Source: Candidatus Latescibacterota bacterium (lineage in GTDB: Bacteria > Latescibacterota > UBA2968 > UBA8231). Taken from it: a stretch of 64,000 nucleotides of DNA. The stretch lies in the NCBI GenBank assembly GCA_965221775.1, contig CBDCSU010000005.1, forward strand, positions 544,001 to 608,000, in the 5' to 3' direction. Positions 19,557-28,958 of the stretch are shown here, in pieces. Made by a program: the position numbers and the translations under genes. The notes beneath the pieces were generated by a model. That model saw only the letters and a program-made list of their open reading frames with translations, had not been told where the DNA came from and made no database searches. Positions within the stretch are counted from its first letter, which is position 1. Each line of letters starts with the position of its first letter.

Positions 19557-20315
19557 ATGACCAGGTGGCTCATTCCGCTCCTTCCGGCCCTGCTGCTGCT
19601 TGCGGGCTGTTCCTACCGCTACTACGCGGACCCCCTCACGCCCCTCAGCGAGGCCGAGCAGGGGGAGAACAAGAGCGTTGCCGACGACGGCACGGTCACC
19701 CACACGCAGGGCCGCCTGGAAGTCGGCCTGCGGCCCATGACCGACGAGGAGTTGAACCGGCAGTTCAGCTCCTTCTCCATGGACGGGGCCGACTCGCGCA
19801 ACCCCTACACCTTCGGCAACTCCACCTACTTCCGCACCGGCGAGACGCCCCAGCGTTTCACCGTCTTCCGCGCTACCATCTCCAACTACCAGTACCCGAA
19901 GGTCTACCTGGATCCCGAGAGGGTCTATATCACCACCGCCAACGGCCGCAAGTATTACGCCCTGACCCGCGAGCAGCTGTGGATCTACTACCACCGCTAC
20001 GTCGGCGGAGGCCACGGCGGCGGCGACCCCGGGATGAGCGGCAACGCACACCATGTGTGGAAGGAGAGGGACGGCATCCTGCGCAACACCATGTTCCCCG
20101 ACCTGCCGGTCTTCAGCGCCCAGGAGGCCGAGGGGTACCTGGTCTTCAGGCCCCTGGCTCCCGACGTGGAGGAGTTGACCGTCCACATCCCCGGCCTGGT
20201 GGTGCGCTACGACTTCAAGGGCGATCCGGCGGAGATGGTGGACATTGCCATGCGCTTCGAGCGGGAGATCGGCCGCGTCTACCCGGACGGCAGCAGGGTA
20301 GCCACAAGCGAATAG
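19557..20315 (+). CDS. Lipoprotein of unknown function (paralog of 28959-29708)
   Basis: Lipobox LAGC; AGGAGG SD; strong similarity to 28959-29708. Confidence 0.8.
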   Translation: MTRWLIPLLPALLLLAGCSYRYYADPLTPLSEAEQGENKSVADDGTVTHTQGRLEVGLRPMTDEELNRQFSSFSMDGADSRNPYTFGNSTYFRTGETPQRFTVFRATISNYQYPKVYLDPERVYITTANGRKYYALTREQLWIYYHRYVGGGHGGGDPGMSGNAHHVWKERDGILRNTMFPDLPVFSAQEAEGYLVFRPLAPDVEELTVHIPGLVVRYDFKGDPAEMVDIAMRFEREIGRVYPDGSRVATSE

Positions 20316-20340
20316 CAGGTTTCCTTCGGACCATCACCTG

Positions 20341-20382
20341 ACTGCGCGGTGCCGCCGCAAGGAGGCGCCGCGCAGTTTCTTT
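20341..20382 (+). terminator. Rho-independent terminator
   Basis: Stem ACTGCGCGGTGCC/GGCGCCGCGCAGT, GCAA apical loop, followed by TTCTTT. Confidence 0.7.
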
Positions 20383-20390
20383 GACAGGAC

Positions 20391-22085
20391 ATGCCATCGA
20401 TGAGGTGGAGATCTCTCAGCCTGGGTCTGTGCGCGGCCCTCCCGGCGTGCGGCCCCCAGGCCGGGCCCGGCGATCCCGCGGCGGTACTGGCCACCGTCTC
20501 CGGGCGGCCGATCACCGCCCTGGATCTGGAAGAGTACGAGCGGACCCTGCCCGCCTATCTGCGATCGAAGGAGGAGGGAGCGGCCGCCCATGGAGAGCAC
20601 CTCCGGAGCCTCGTCGACAGGGAGCTGGTCCTGGGCGAGGCCGGCCTTCGAGGGCTGGACCGGCACCCGGAGGTGGAGAGCGCCCTCTCGGCGATGGTCG
20701 ATGAACGCGCCGCAGAAGAGCTGGCCAGGAGGCTGGTCGACGCCCGCCTCTCGGTCACCGAAGAGGAACTGCGCACCTTCTACGAGGAGGAGTCGCTGGG
20801 CTGGCAGGTCTGGCCCGCCCACATCCTCTCCGCCACCGAGGAGGAGGCCCGCGAGGTCATCCGCCTGCTGTCGGAGGGAGCCGACTTCGGCGGGCTGGCA
20901 CGGGAGCGCTCCCTGGCCGGCGACGCGGACAAGGGGGGCGATCTGCAGGCCTTCTTCGGGGCCTCCGATGCCGTGCCCACCCTGAGGGAGGGCGCCTTCC
21001 ACCTCGATGAAGGGCAGGTGAGCGAGCCGATCCGCACCTTCGAGGGCTACGAGGTGGTCAAGGTGCTGCGGAAACGGCGGCTGCCTTACGGGCAGCTGCG
21101 GCAGGAGATCCATCAGCGCCTGATGACGCGCAAGGGCTGGGAGCGGCGGACCGCCATCATCGACTCGCTCAAGGAGGCTCGCGGCCTGCGCCTCCATCGC
21201 CAAGTGGTGCCGGCCGTTTTCGACGGGCTGCACGGACGGGAGGTCGACCCGGGCCAGGAGCAGGCCCCCCTGATCGAGTACGAGGGGGGCGCCGTCACCG
21301 TCCTCGACGCCACGGAGGGGCTGCGCGACCTGGACGAGGAGGCCCTGCCCCCCGACACCGCGGCCGTCGTCCGCGCTCTCGAGGAGAGGTTGATCCCCGA
21401 TTCCCTGCTGGTTCTAGAGGCCCGGGCCCGCGGGCTGACCGAAGGGCCGGGCATGGTGGAGTGGCGGGAGCAGGAGCGCCTGGGCCTGATGGCCGCACGC
21501 CTGCGCAGCGACGTGGTGAAGGGCCGGGCGGAGGTGACCGAAGAAGAGGTGAGGGATCACTACGAGCGGAACCTGGGGTCCTACACTTCCCTGCCCGGCT
21601 TCATCCGGATGACGGAGGTCCTCCTCGACACCCGCGCGCAGGCCGATTCGATCCTCGAACGGGCGCGGGCCGGCGAAGGGCTGGAGGTGCTCGCCGCCCG
21701 CCACTCCGTGCGTCCCGGCATGAAGCCGGTGGGGGGGCACACCTTCGGCGACAGCGGCAGAGTCACCATCCGCCCCCTCTACAAGTCGCCGTACCGCACC
21801 GCCTTCGGAGACCGCAACACCGAGGACGTGGGCGTGCTCCACGGTCCGCTGGAGGTGCAGGGGAGGTACAGCGTCTTCCGCCTGGATCAGCCTTTCGAGA
21901 AGGAGGCCGTGCCCTTCTGGCGGCTGCGCCGGCGCATCGCCGGGCAGATCCTCAGGCGGCGGGAGGCCGTCCTCTTCGAGAGCTTCCTCGATTCGCTGCG
22001 CCGCGTCCATGCCGCCGAGGTGGTGATCGACGAAGAAACCCTCTCCGGTTACGCGGCCGCCCGTCAGAGCCTCGATCCCCCGTAA
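20391..22085 (+). CDS. Parvulin/PpiC-type peptidyl-prolyl isomerase lipoprotein (PrsA/SurA-like, two rotamase domains)
   Basis: Lipobox-like LPAC; HIL...GADF..LARERS...GGDL...VSEPI; second more degenerate parvulin domain. Confidence 0.8.
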   Translation: MPSMRWRSLSLGLCAALPACGPQAGPGDPAAVLATVSGRPITALDLEEYERTLPAYLRSKEEGAAAHGEHLRSLVDRELVLGEAGLRGLDRHPEVESALSAMVDERAAEELARRLVDARLSVTEEELRTFYEEESLGWQVWPAHILSATEEEAREVIRLLSEGADFGGLARERSLAGDADKGGDLQAFFGASDAVPTLREGAFHLDEGQVSEPIRTFEGYEVVKVLRKRRLPYGQLRQEIHQRLMTRKGWERRTAIIDSLKEARGLRLHRQVVPAVFDGLHGREVDPGQEQAPLIEYEGGAVTVLDATEGLRDLDEEALPPDTAAVVRALEERLIPDSLLVLEARARGLTEGPGMVEWREQERLGLMAARLRSDVVKGRAEVTEEEVRDHYERNLGSYTSLPGFIRMTEVLLDTRAQADSILERARAGEGLEVLAARHSVRPGMKPVGGHTFGDSGRVTIRPLYKSPYRTAFGDRNTEDVGVLHGPLEVQGRYSVFRLDQPFEKEAVPFWRLRRRIAGQILRRREAVLFESFLDSLRRVHAAEVVIDEETLSGYAAARQSLDPP

Positions 22086-22098
22086 GCGAGGCTCATCC

Positions 22099-24120
22099 GT
22101 GCGCCTGAGGCTCGCGGCGCTGCTCGTCGGCCTGGGACTCGTGGTGCTCCTGGAGGGCGCACTCCGGCTGGTCCCGGCTCTCCGCCCTCCGGCCTTCACC
22201 CTCCGCCTCGCCACGGTGGAGGACCGAACCCTCAACGCCGTCAATCCGGACTACCCGCAACGCTTCTTCGCCGGCGTTGCGGGGGACCTTCCCGCGGGCG
22301 GCGTCCGCATGACCCCCCGGCCCTACGTCGAACCCGCACCGCCGGAGGCCCTGCGGGTGCTCTTCGCCGGCGGGTCGACGGTGCAGGGCTTCCCCCACCC
22401 CAAGCGCCTGTCGGCGCCCTCCTGCCTCCAGAAGATGCTCCGGGACCTGCACCCCGGACGCCACATCGAGGTCTACAACGCCGGCATCACGGCCGCCTCG
22501 AGCTTCGTCGTCGCCCGCGCCGTGGAGGACGGTGTCCGGGCCCTGGAGGCCGACCTCGTGGTGGTCTACACGGGCCACAACGAGCTCTACGGGGTGTACG
22601 GGGCCGCCTCCCTCGCCCAGGGCGGCCGCGCCTCGTGGAGCAAGAGGCTCCACTACGGGGTGATGCAATGGCGGATGACCCGCCTGGTGGTCGGGCTCGT
22701 GGGGGCCTTCGGCACCGACGAGCCTCAACCCGCGGACCTGCTGGAGACCATGTCGCGCACGGGCTCCGTCCCCGTGGACGATCCGAGACGGGAACGGGCC
22801 GCCGCCAACCTGGAGGGCAACCTGCGGGACGTGGCCGCCTTCTGCCGGGAGCGGGGCATCCCCCTGGTGCTCTGCACCCTCACCAGCAACGAGCGCGGCT
22901 TCGCGCCGGGAGGGGCCGCGCCCCCTCCCGGCGAGGACGGCGCGGCGTACCTGGACCTGCTGCAGGCCGGCAGCCGCGGCCAGGCCTCCGCCGCCGCCCT
23001 GGAGGCGCTGGAAGAGGCCCGCGAGCTGCGCGAGGACGACGCCTGCCTGCACTTCCTGCGCGGCCATCACCTGGAGCGCCTTGGGGACGGGTTCGCGGCG
23101 CGGCGGGCCTACCTGCAGGCCCGCGAGCTGGATACCCGGCCCTGGCGGGCGACGGCCCGGCTCAACGAGGTCGTGCGCCGGGTTGCGGCCGAGGAGGGGG
23201 CGCTCCTGGCCGAGGTGGAAGCGCGGTTCCTGGATCACAGCCCGGCCGCCGGTGTTGGCTGGGAGCTGATGGCCGACCACCTGCACCCCACCGCCGCCGG
23301 GCAGGCGCTGCTCGCCCGTGCCGTGGCAGCGGCCCTGCGGGAGGCGCCTCAGCCCTGGGGATTCCCGCGGGAGAGGCTCCAGCGGCTCCAGGCCGACGAC
23401 CGCTATCGCCAGCGCCTCGGAGACCTGCCCGTCGAGCAACTCGCCGTCATCCGGGCCATGGCCCGCCTCTTCGGATCGCCCCCCATGGACGAGGGCAACG
23501 AGAGCCGCGCCGAGGACCTCCGCCGGCAGGGCGACAGCCTCATGGCCGGGCTGAGCCCCGGCGAGCGGCGCGGGGTCGAGCGCTGGGTGCGGGGAGAAGG
23601 GCCGGACCTGCTGGCCCTGAACGTGGCCGAGGCCCTGTTCTCGGCGCGGGAATACCAGCGGGCCCGGGCCTACTACCAGGCCGCCCGCCTGGAGCAGCCT
23701 TTCACGATCTGGAGCGACTTGTGGGCCGCCCTGCGCTGGGTCCGCTGCGGTCGGCTGCTCGGCCGCCCTCCGGACGAAGCGGACAGGGCGGCCCTCGAGA
23801 CCGTGCTGGACCGCCAGCGTTTCCTGGCCCGGGCCCCCGGCTTCTCCCAGGGGCTGCGGGACTTCATCGAGGGCTACGCCCGCCACCTTCTGGGGCAAAG
23901 AGCCGGCGCCCTGGCCGCCCTCGAAGCGGCCATCCGGGATGAAGAGACACGGCGCAGGTTCTTCCCCGAGCTGCTGCAACTGCTCGTGATCGAGCTGATC
24001 GCCGCCGGCCGCCCCGGGGACGCCGAACGCTACGCGCTCCAGGTCTCCGCGGAGCTGGGCCAGGAGGCTTTCGGACGCGCCCTGGTGGAGCGCATCCGGG
24101 CAGGTGCGGCCCCGCGCTGA
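22099..24120 (+). CDS. SGNH/GDSL hydrolase with helical TPR-like regions
   Basis: GGST (block I), GHNE (block III), DHLHP (block V); N-terminal membrane anchor. Confidence 0.75.
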   Translation: MRLRLAALLVGLGLVVLLEGALRLVPALRPPAFTLRLATVEDRTLNAVNPDYPQRFFAGVAGDLPAGGVRMTPRPYVEPAPPEALRVLFAGGSTVQGFPHPKRLSAPSCLQKMLRDLHPGRHIEVYNAGITAASSFVVARAVEDGVRALEADLVVVYTGHNELYGVYGAASLAQGGRASWSKRLHYGVMQWRMTRLVVGLVGAFGTDEPQPADLLETMSRTGSVPVDDPRRERAAANLEGNLRDVAAFCRERGIPLVLCTLTSNERGFAPGGAAPPPGEDGAAYLDLLQAGSRGQASAAALEALEEARELREDDACLHFLRGHHLERLGDGFAARRAYLQARELDTRPWRATARLNEVVRRVAAEEGALLAEVEARFLDHSPAAGVGWELMADHLHPTAAGQALLARAVAAALREAPQPWGFPRERLQRLQADDRYRQRLGDLPVEQLAVIRAMARLFGSPPMDEGNESRAEDLRRQGDSLMAGLSPGERRGVERWVRGEGPDLLALNVAEALFSAREYQRARAYYQAARLEQPFTIWSDLWAALRWVRCGRLLGRPPDEADRAALETVLDRQRFLARAPGFSQGLRDFIEGYARHLLGQRAGALAALEAAIRDEETRRRFFPELLQLLVIELIAAGRPGDAERYALQVSAELGQEAFGRALVERIRAGAAPR

Positions 24121-24150
24121 CCGTACCGCCGGCAGCCACTCCAGGCCGCC

Positions 24151-26244
24151 TCAGTCCCGGCCGGTACCCATCCGTCGATAGACTTCCTCGAGCAGGGCCT
24201 GAGCCCGGGGTGAAGGGCCCCTGGCCAGCACCTGCCGCAACCGCTCCACGGCCGCGCCGTGGCGTCCCTCTTCCGTGTCCATGAGGGCCAGGTTGACGTG
24301 GGCCTCCGGGTTTTCCGGGTCCAACTCCAGGGCCTCCAGGAAACGGGTCCGAGCCCTCTGGGTGCGCCCGTCGAGCAGGTGCAGGGCGCCGATGGCGACC
24401 AGGGCCTCGGGACGCCTCTCCAGGGACAGGGCGCGGCCATAGGAGTCGAGGGCGGCCTCCCCTCGCCCGGACTGGTGCAGGGCGCGCCCCAACTGGTAGT
24501 GGATCCGGAAGTCCCGCGGTCGGGAAGCCAGGGCCCGCCGGAAGTGCTCGGCCGAGGCCGTGTAGCGCCCCTGGCCGTAGAGGAGGCGGGCGTACTCGTA
24601 GTTGGCCATGCCGGACCCCGGATCCAGCTCCAGGGCGCGCACCAGGGCGGCCCGGGCCTGCTGCGGCCGGCCCGCGTCCAGGTGGATCCGGGCGAGAAGC
24701 ACGTGGGTGTCCACCCGCCGGGGATTCTCCGCCAGGGTGGCCCGGGCCGTCCGGCCGCTCTCCCCCAGGCGTCCCTGGTGGTAGCAGGCCACGGCCAGAT
24801 TGTGGCGCGCGTAGTTGTATCCCGGGGCCAGCTCCAGGGCCCGCCGGGAGTGGGTCTCGGACAGTGCGTACTCCCCCTTGCGCAGGTAGACCTCGCCCAG
24901 GTCGAAGTGGAGCTGGGCGTCCGCGTCGGTGGGGGCCGCCCTCGCCAGGTTGCACAGGACCAGGAGAGCAGCCAGGGGCACCCCCAACCTCGCCGCCTCC
25001 GGCCAGGATCTCCGGCGCAGGCTGCGGAGCAGACGCCAGGCCGCCAGGGCGGCGAAGACGATCAGCACGGGCAGGACCGGCATGCGGTAACGGGCGGCGG
25101 GGAAGAACAGCACGACGGAAGCCGTATAGCCGAGAACGTAGAGCCGCAGCAGGGCCGTTGGATCTCCGCGGATGCGGAGGCTCAGCCCCAGGCCGAGCAG
25201 GCCCAGGGGTGCGACCACTCCGAAGGGCATGGAGAGGTGCCGGTCCCACAGCAGCAGACCGAGGATCCAGGAGTGCTGCCGGGCGTAGTAGATGTCCTGG
25301 TTGCGCTTGACCTCCGGGCCGCTCCAGAAGTCCCGGGTCTTCCTTGCGAGGAGACCGAGGTAGTCGAGGGGATGGGAGGCGATCCAGGCCAGGCCCTTGC
25401 GCAGGAACCAGGAGGACTTCGCCGCCGCGGTCACGTGGCCCGCCCGCGCCGGCTCGGAGACCATCTCCTCCCATTCCACCCCGGGCCGCAGGGCGACGGT
25501 GCGCTCGTAGTCGGCGTTGTTGCCGATGTAGAAGTTGACGCCGCCATTGGCCGAGACCAGGACCAGGCCCGGCTCGGCGGCCCAGTTGCGCACGGTGACG
25601 GGGAGGATCACCAGGAGGGCGCAGCCCGCGAAGGGCACCAGGGCCCCCGCGGAGCGCCGCCGCCACAGGTGCCAGGCGCAGAAGAGCGCCACGAAGAGGA
25701 GGATGTTGGGGCGGGCGAGGGCGGCCAGCCCGGCCGTCACGCCGGCCAGGCCCCAGTCCCGGCTGCGCTCCCGGTCCTGGGCCGCCAGGAGGAGCTGGAG
25801 AAGCAGGAGGTCCAGGAATACCTCCAGGGGCACGGCCAGCAGCTCTCCCTCGAAGTAGAGGAAGGTGCCGCACAGGGCGGCCGCCCAGCCGGCGATCCGC
25901 GCCGCCGGCTCGCCGAAGGCGCGGCGGGCGAGGCCGTACACCAGCAGACAGGAGAGGGCCCCCAGCAGGGCGTGGACGAGACGGATGCCGACGAAGTACG
26001 AGCCCGGCATGAGCCAGCAGACGAAGGCCAGCAGGTAGATGTAGAGGGGCGCCTGCCAGTAGGGCTCGGCACCGCCCCGGAGATTGCCGGCGGCGATGGC
26101 CAGGGCCTGGTCGAGGAAGGTCCGGGCGTCGACGACGGGCGCGTCGAAGAACGGGCTGGCGCCGTGCTGGTGGATGTAGCCCAGCCTCAGCGCCAGCGCC
26201 GCCAGCAGGAGGCAGCCGGCAAAGAGACGGGAGCCGCGGCTCAT
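24151..26244 (-). CDS. GT-C (PMT/ArnT-like) membrane glycosyltransferase with C-terminal TPR repeats
   Basis: Multiple TM helices, D in first loop, P.Y motif, LARPN, NFYIGNN, RYRMP; several TPRs (ALELDP). Confidence 0.8.
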   Translation of the reverse strand: MSRGSRLFAGCLLLAALALRLGYIHQHGASPFFDAPVVDARTFLDQALAIAAGNLRGGAEPYWQAPLYIYLLAFVCWLMPGSYFVGIRLVHALLGALSCLLVYGLARRAFGEPAARIAGWAAALCGTFLYFEGELLAVPLEVFLDLLLLQLLLAAQDRERSRDWGLAGVTAGLAALARPNILLFVALFCAWHLWRRRSAGALVPFAGCALLVILPVTVRNWAAEPGLVLVSANGGVNFYIGNNADYERTVALRPGVEWEEMVSEPARAGHVTAAAKSSWFLRKGLAWIASHPLDYLGLLARKTRDFWSGPEVKRNQDIYYARQHSWILGLLLWDRHLSMPFGVVAPLGLLGLGLSLRIRGDPTALLRLYVLGYTASVVLFFPAARYRMPVLPVLIVFAALAAWRLLRSLRRRSWPEAARLGVPLAALLVLCNLARAAPTDADAQLHFDLGEVYLRKGEYALSETHSRRALELAPGYNYARHNLAVACYHQGRLGESGRTARATLAENPRRVDTHVLLARIHLDAGRPQQARAALVRALELDPGSGMANYEYARLLYGQGRYTASAEHFRRALASRPRDFRIHYQLGRALHQSGRGEAALDSYGRALSLERRPEALVAIGALHLLDGRTQRARTRFLEALELDPENPEAHVNLALMDTEEGRHGAAVERLRQVLARGPSPRAQALLEEVYRRMGTGRD

Positions 26245-26290
26245 GGCCTCGGGCCCCTCTGCCGGCGCCTACGGACCCGGGATCAGCGGC

Positions 26291-28939
26291 TCAATAAGCG
26301 ACGGAGAGGACGCCGGAGTGCCGGGCGGAGGTGTCGTCGGAGTCGACGGCGAACCGGTAGAGATAGATGCCGGGGGGCACGAGCAGGCCGTTCTCGTCGC
26401 GGCCGTCCCAAGTGAACCGCAGGGCGCCCGCCGCCGAGTCCCCGGCCTCGATCCGGGCCAGACGGCGGCCGGACAGGTCGTGGATGTCGAGCTCCACCTC
26501 GACCTCCTCGGTGACGAGGAAGAGGTCGAAGGAGAACACGATCTCGTCGTTGATGCCGTCGCCGTTGGGGGTGAAGGGATTGGGGCTGACGAGGGGCGCC
26601 GGGACGACGCTGCCGATGTCCTGGACCACGACGAGGCGGGAGTTGGTGCCCACGTCGGGAGTGGCGTCCCCGTCCTCGGTGGGCTGGGGGATCGCGGTGT
26701 CTCCGAGCTCGTCGTTCCACAGGGAGCTGAGGAACTGCTGGGAGCCCCGGAAGAGCCGGGAGCGGAAGACGACCTCGATGTTCTCGCCGAACTGGAAGTG
26801 CCCGGCACCCATGGAAGGCAGCTTGATCGACAGCTTGTGAGCCCCGGTGACCGGGTCGGTGACGACGGACTGGGCGAACTGCCCCAGGCTGTCGGGGCGG
26901 CCCTCCGCCGGGGCGAGACGGGCGGGATGGACGCCGAGGAGAGGATCGTCGCCGCTGCCGGCGGCGATCTCGACCCAGGCCTGCCCGTCGATACGCAGGG
27001 TGTCGATGCGGCTGTCGATGCTGGGAACGTCGATCTCGATCCGGTTGAAGGCCATCGGGTCCGCCGGCCCGAAGAGCGGCCGGAGGTAGTAGCGGAAGAG
27101 GGCCTCCTCGCCCAGGGGGACGCCGGACGGGAAGATCTCGGCCACCACGCCCCCGGAGACGAGGGGCGTGTCGTAGTCGAACTCGATGAAGTCGAGGAGG
27201 GCGGCGCCGTGCTGGGGGCCGTCGAAGTAGACGCGGAACTGGATGTAGCGGGTGCCTCCGGGCAGGGGCAGCTGGACGCCGGCGTCGCCCCACTCGGACT
27301 CGGGCAGGCTCTCGTCGATGAGGCCGTCCGCCAGCTTGAAGGGCGCCGACCAGTAGCTCCAGCCCCGTCTCCCGTCGGCGCCCACGTCGACGCCCAGCTC
27401 GTTGTAGCGCAGCTCGCGCTGGGGGATGCGGCCGTCGGTGAGCTTGATCCAGGCGAACAGGTCGAGGGGATTGCCGTTATCGTCGCGGTCGTCCTCGAAG
27501 CCGGGGCCCAGCCGGCGGGCGTAGACATGGGTGTCGAGCGAGTTGCCGACCCGGAACTGGATGCGCACGTCGCCGCCGAGGCCGTCGCGGCGGCCCTTCC
27601 AGCGGACCTTGCCCCAGTTGACCTGCTCGCCGGGAAGATCCAGGTCGAACTGGCTCTCGTAGGCCTCGCGCTCGCCGCCGGAGAACTGCTCGATCTCGCG
27701 GTCGTAGCGTCGGGCGCGCGGCGTGGGGACCCCCACGTCGATGACCTCGGAGGTGTACTGGCCGTCGATGGCGAAACCGTCGCCGAAGTGGCCGAGCTCG
27801 GCGATCTGGCTGAGCTTGCCCTCGGGATCGATGGAGTAGATGTCGACGCGCCCGGCCACATAGTCGGGGAAGCGGAGGTTCTTGACCACCGGGGTGAGTT
27901 GGTCGCGGGTGGTGGAGACCAGGGTCCTGTTGGCCTGGATGGTCTCGGCATGGAGGTTGATCGAGGTCTGGTCGCCGTAGCGGATGTAGTAGTTGGCGAT
28001 GGTGCCCCCCGGAAGGGTGGGATGGGGCCGGAAGGTGATGCGGTTGAGGTAGTAGTAACCCATCAGGTTCATCGCGATTCCGCCGCGGCCGTACTTGGTG
28101 CTGTTGAACTCGGTGCGGAGGTTGCCGTCCACCGCCCTCTCGGCGTCCTCCCGGCGGATGACCCCCGCCGCCGCCCAGTAGTCGCCCGAGACGGGGTCGG
28201 AGACCTCGCGGCGGAAGCCGTACTCGCTCGGCACCACCATGTAGGGCCGCTGGGTGTCCTTGCCGGGAATGACCCCGCCGAACTCGCCGGCCTTGTAGCG
28301 CTGGTTGAGCATGTAGGCGAGGTTGCGCAGGCTGTCGAGGCGGATCGGCCGGATCCAGGTGGTCACGCCGCCGCCGTGCCCGGGCATATCGGGATCCTCG
28401 TCCACAAGCCCGTCACCGTCGTCGTCCACCCCGTTGACGGGATCCTCGTTGAGGCGGCCGTCCCAGTCGTCGTCATACTGGCTGTACAGGCCATCCTCGT
28501 TGAGCCGGCCGTCGCCGTCGTTGTCGATCTGCGGATCGGGACCGTCTTCGTTGATGAGCCCGTCGATGTCGTTGTCGATCAACTCGGGCGGATCCTCGTC
28601 GATGAGACCATCGCCGTCGTCGTCGAGGTTGTTGTCCACGTCCTCGTTGAGCAGGCCGTCACCGTCGTTGTCGACCTGCGGGTCCTCGGGGTCCTCGTTG
28701 ATCGTGCCGTCGTCGTCGTTGTCGATGAGGTCGACGGGGTCCTCGTCGATGAGGCCGTCGCCGTCGTCGTCGGCGAGGAGCTCCACGGCCCAGCTGCGTC
28801 CCAGGTCGAGGCGGCCGCTCACCGGCCTCAGGATCCATGGGTGGGTGCCGTCGCCGACGCGCCAAGTCTTGATCTCCGCCCAGCCGTCGCCGGCCAGGAG
28901 CAGGGCGCCCAGCAGCGCCAGGGTCGGTAGCCTGATCAT
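26291..28939 (-). CDS. Exported protein with 8 DxDxDGxxxED repeats and FlgD-Ig/CTD (paralog 3)
   Basis: Signal peptide; acidic repeats; NPFTPNGDGINDE...WDGRD...VPPGIY...LSVAY. Confidence 0.82.
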   Translation of the reverse strand: MIRLPTLALLGALLLAGDGWAEIKTWRVGDGTHPWILRPVSGRLDLGRSWAVELLADDDGDGLIDEDPVDLIDNDDDGTINEDPEDPQVDNDGDGLLNEDVDNNLDDDGDGLIDEDPPELIDNDIDGLINEDGPDPQIDNDGDGRLNEDGLYSQYDDDWDGRLNEDPVNGVDDDGDGLVDEDPDMPGHGGGVTTWIRPIRLDSLRNLAYMLNQRYKAGEFGGVIPGKDTQRPYMVVPSEYGFRREVSDPVSGDYWAAAGVIRREDAERAVDGNLRTEFNSTKYGRGGIAMNLMGYYYLNRITFRPHPTLPGGTIANYYIRYGDQTSINLHAETIQANRTLVSTTRDQLTPVVKNLRFPDYVAGRVDIYSIDPEGKLSQIAELGHFGDGFAIDGQYTSEVIDVGVPTPRARRYDREIEQFSGGEREAYESQFDLDLPGEQVNWGKVRWKGRRDGLGGDVRIQFRVGNSLDTHVYARRLGPGFEDDRDDNGNPLDLFAWIKLTDGRIPQRELRYNELGVDVGADGRRGWSYWSAPFKLADGLIDESLPESEWGDAGVQLPLPGGTRYIQFRVYFDGPQHGAALLDFIEFDYDTPLVSGGVVAEIFPSGVPLGEEALFRYYLRPLFGPADPMAFNRIEIDVPSIDSRIDTLRIDGQAWVEIAAGSGDDPLLGVHPARLAPAEGRPDSLGQFAQSVVTDPVTGAHKLSIKLPSMGAGHFQFGENIEVVFRSRLFRGSQQFLSSLWNDELGDTAIPQPTEDGDATPDVGTNSRLVVVQDIGSVVPAPLVSPNPFTPNGDGINDEIVFSFDLFLVTEEVEVELDIHDLSGRRLARIEAGDSAAGALRFTWDGRDENGLLVPPGIYLYRFAVDSDDTSARHSGVLSVAY
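28391..28771 (-). repeat. Coding tandem repeat, 8 x 16-17 aa DxDxDGxx(D/N)ED
   Basis: DDDGDGLIDED, DNDDDGTINED, DNDGDGLLNED, DDDGDGLIDED, DNDIDGLINED, DNDGDGRLNED, DDDWDGRLNED, DDDGDGLVDED. Confidence 0.9.
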
Positions 28940-28958
28940 CGCGCTCCTCCGTCGATTA

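Noticed and set aside
13423-20186. Very long antisense ORFs (13423-16935, 16695-20186; also 26243-28930, 36727-39702, 58918-62124)
   Set aside because: Shadow frames of real genes in high-GC DNA; no motifs, and the opposite strand has coherent proteins.
20381-20386. TTGACA before the PPIase gene
   Set aside because: Only 4 bp from the ATG, no room for a -10; overlaps the terminator U-tract.
28391-28771. Periodic ~50-bp DNA repeats resembling a CRISPR array
   Set aside because: Repeats are degenerate at synonymous positions, in frame, and encode DxDxDG motifs; no cas genes.
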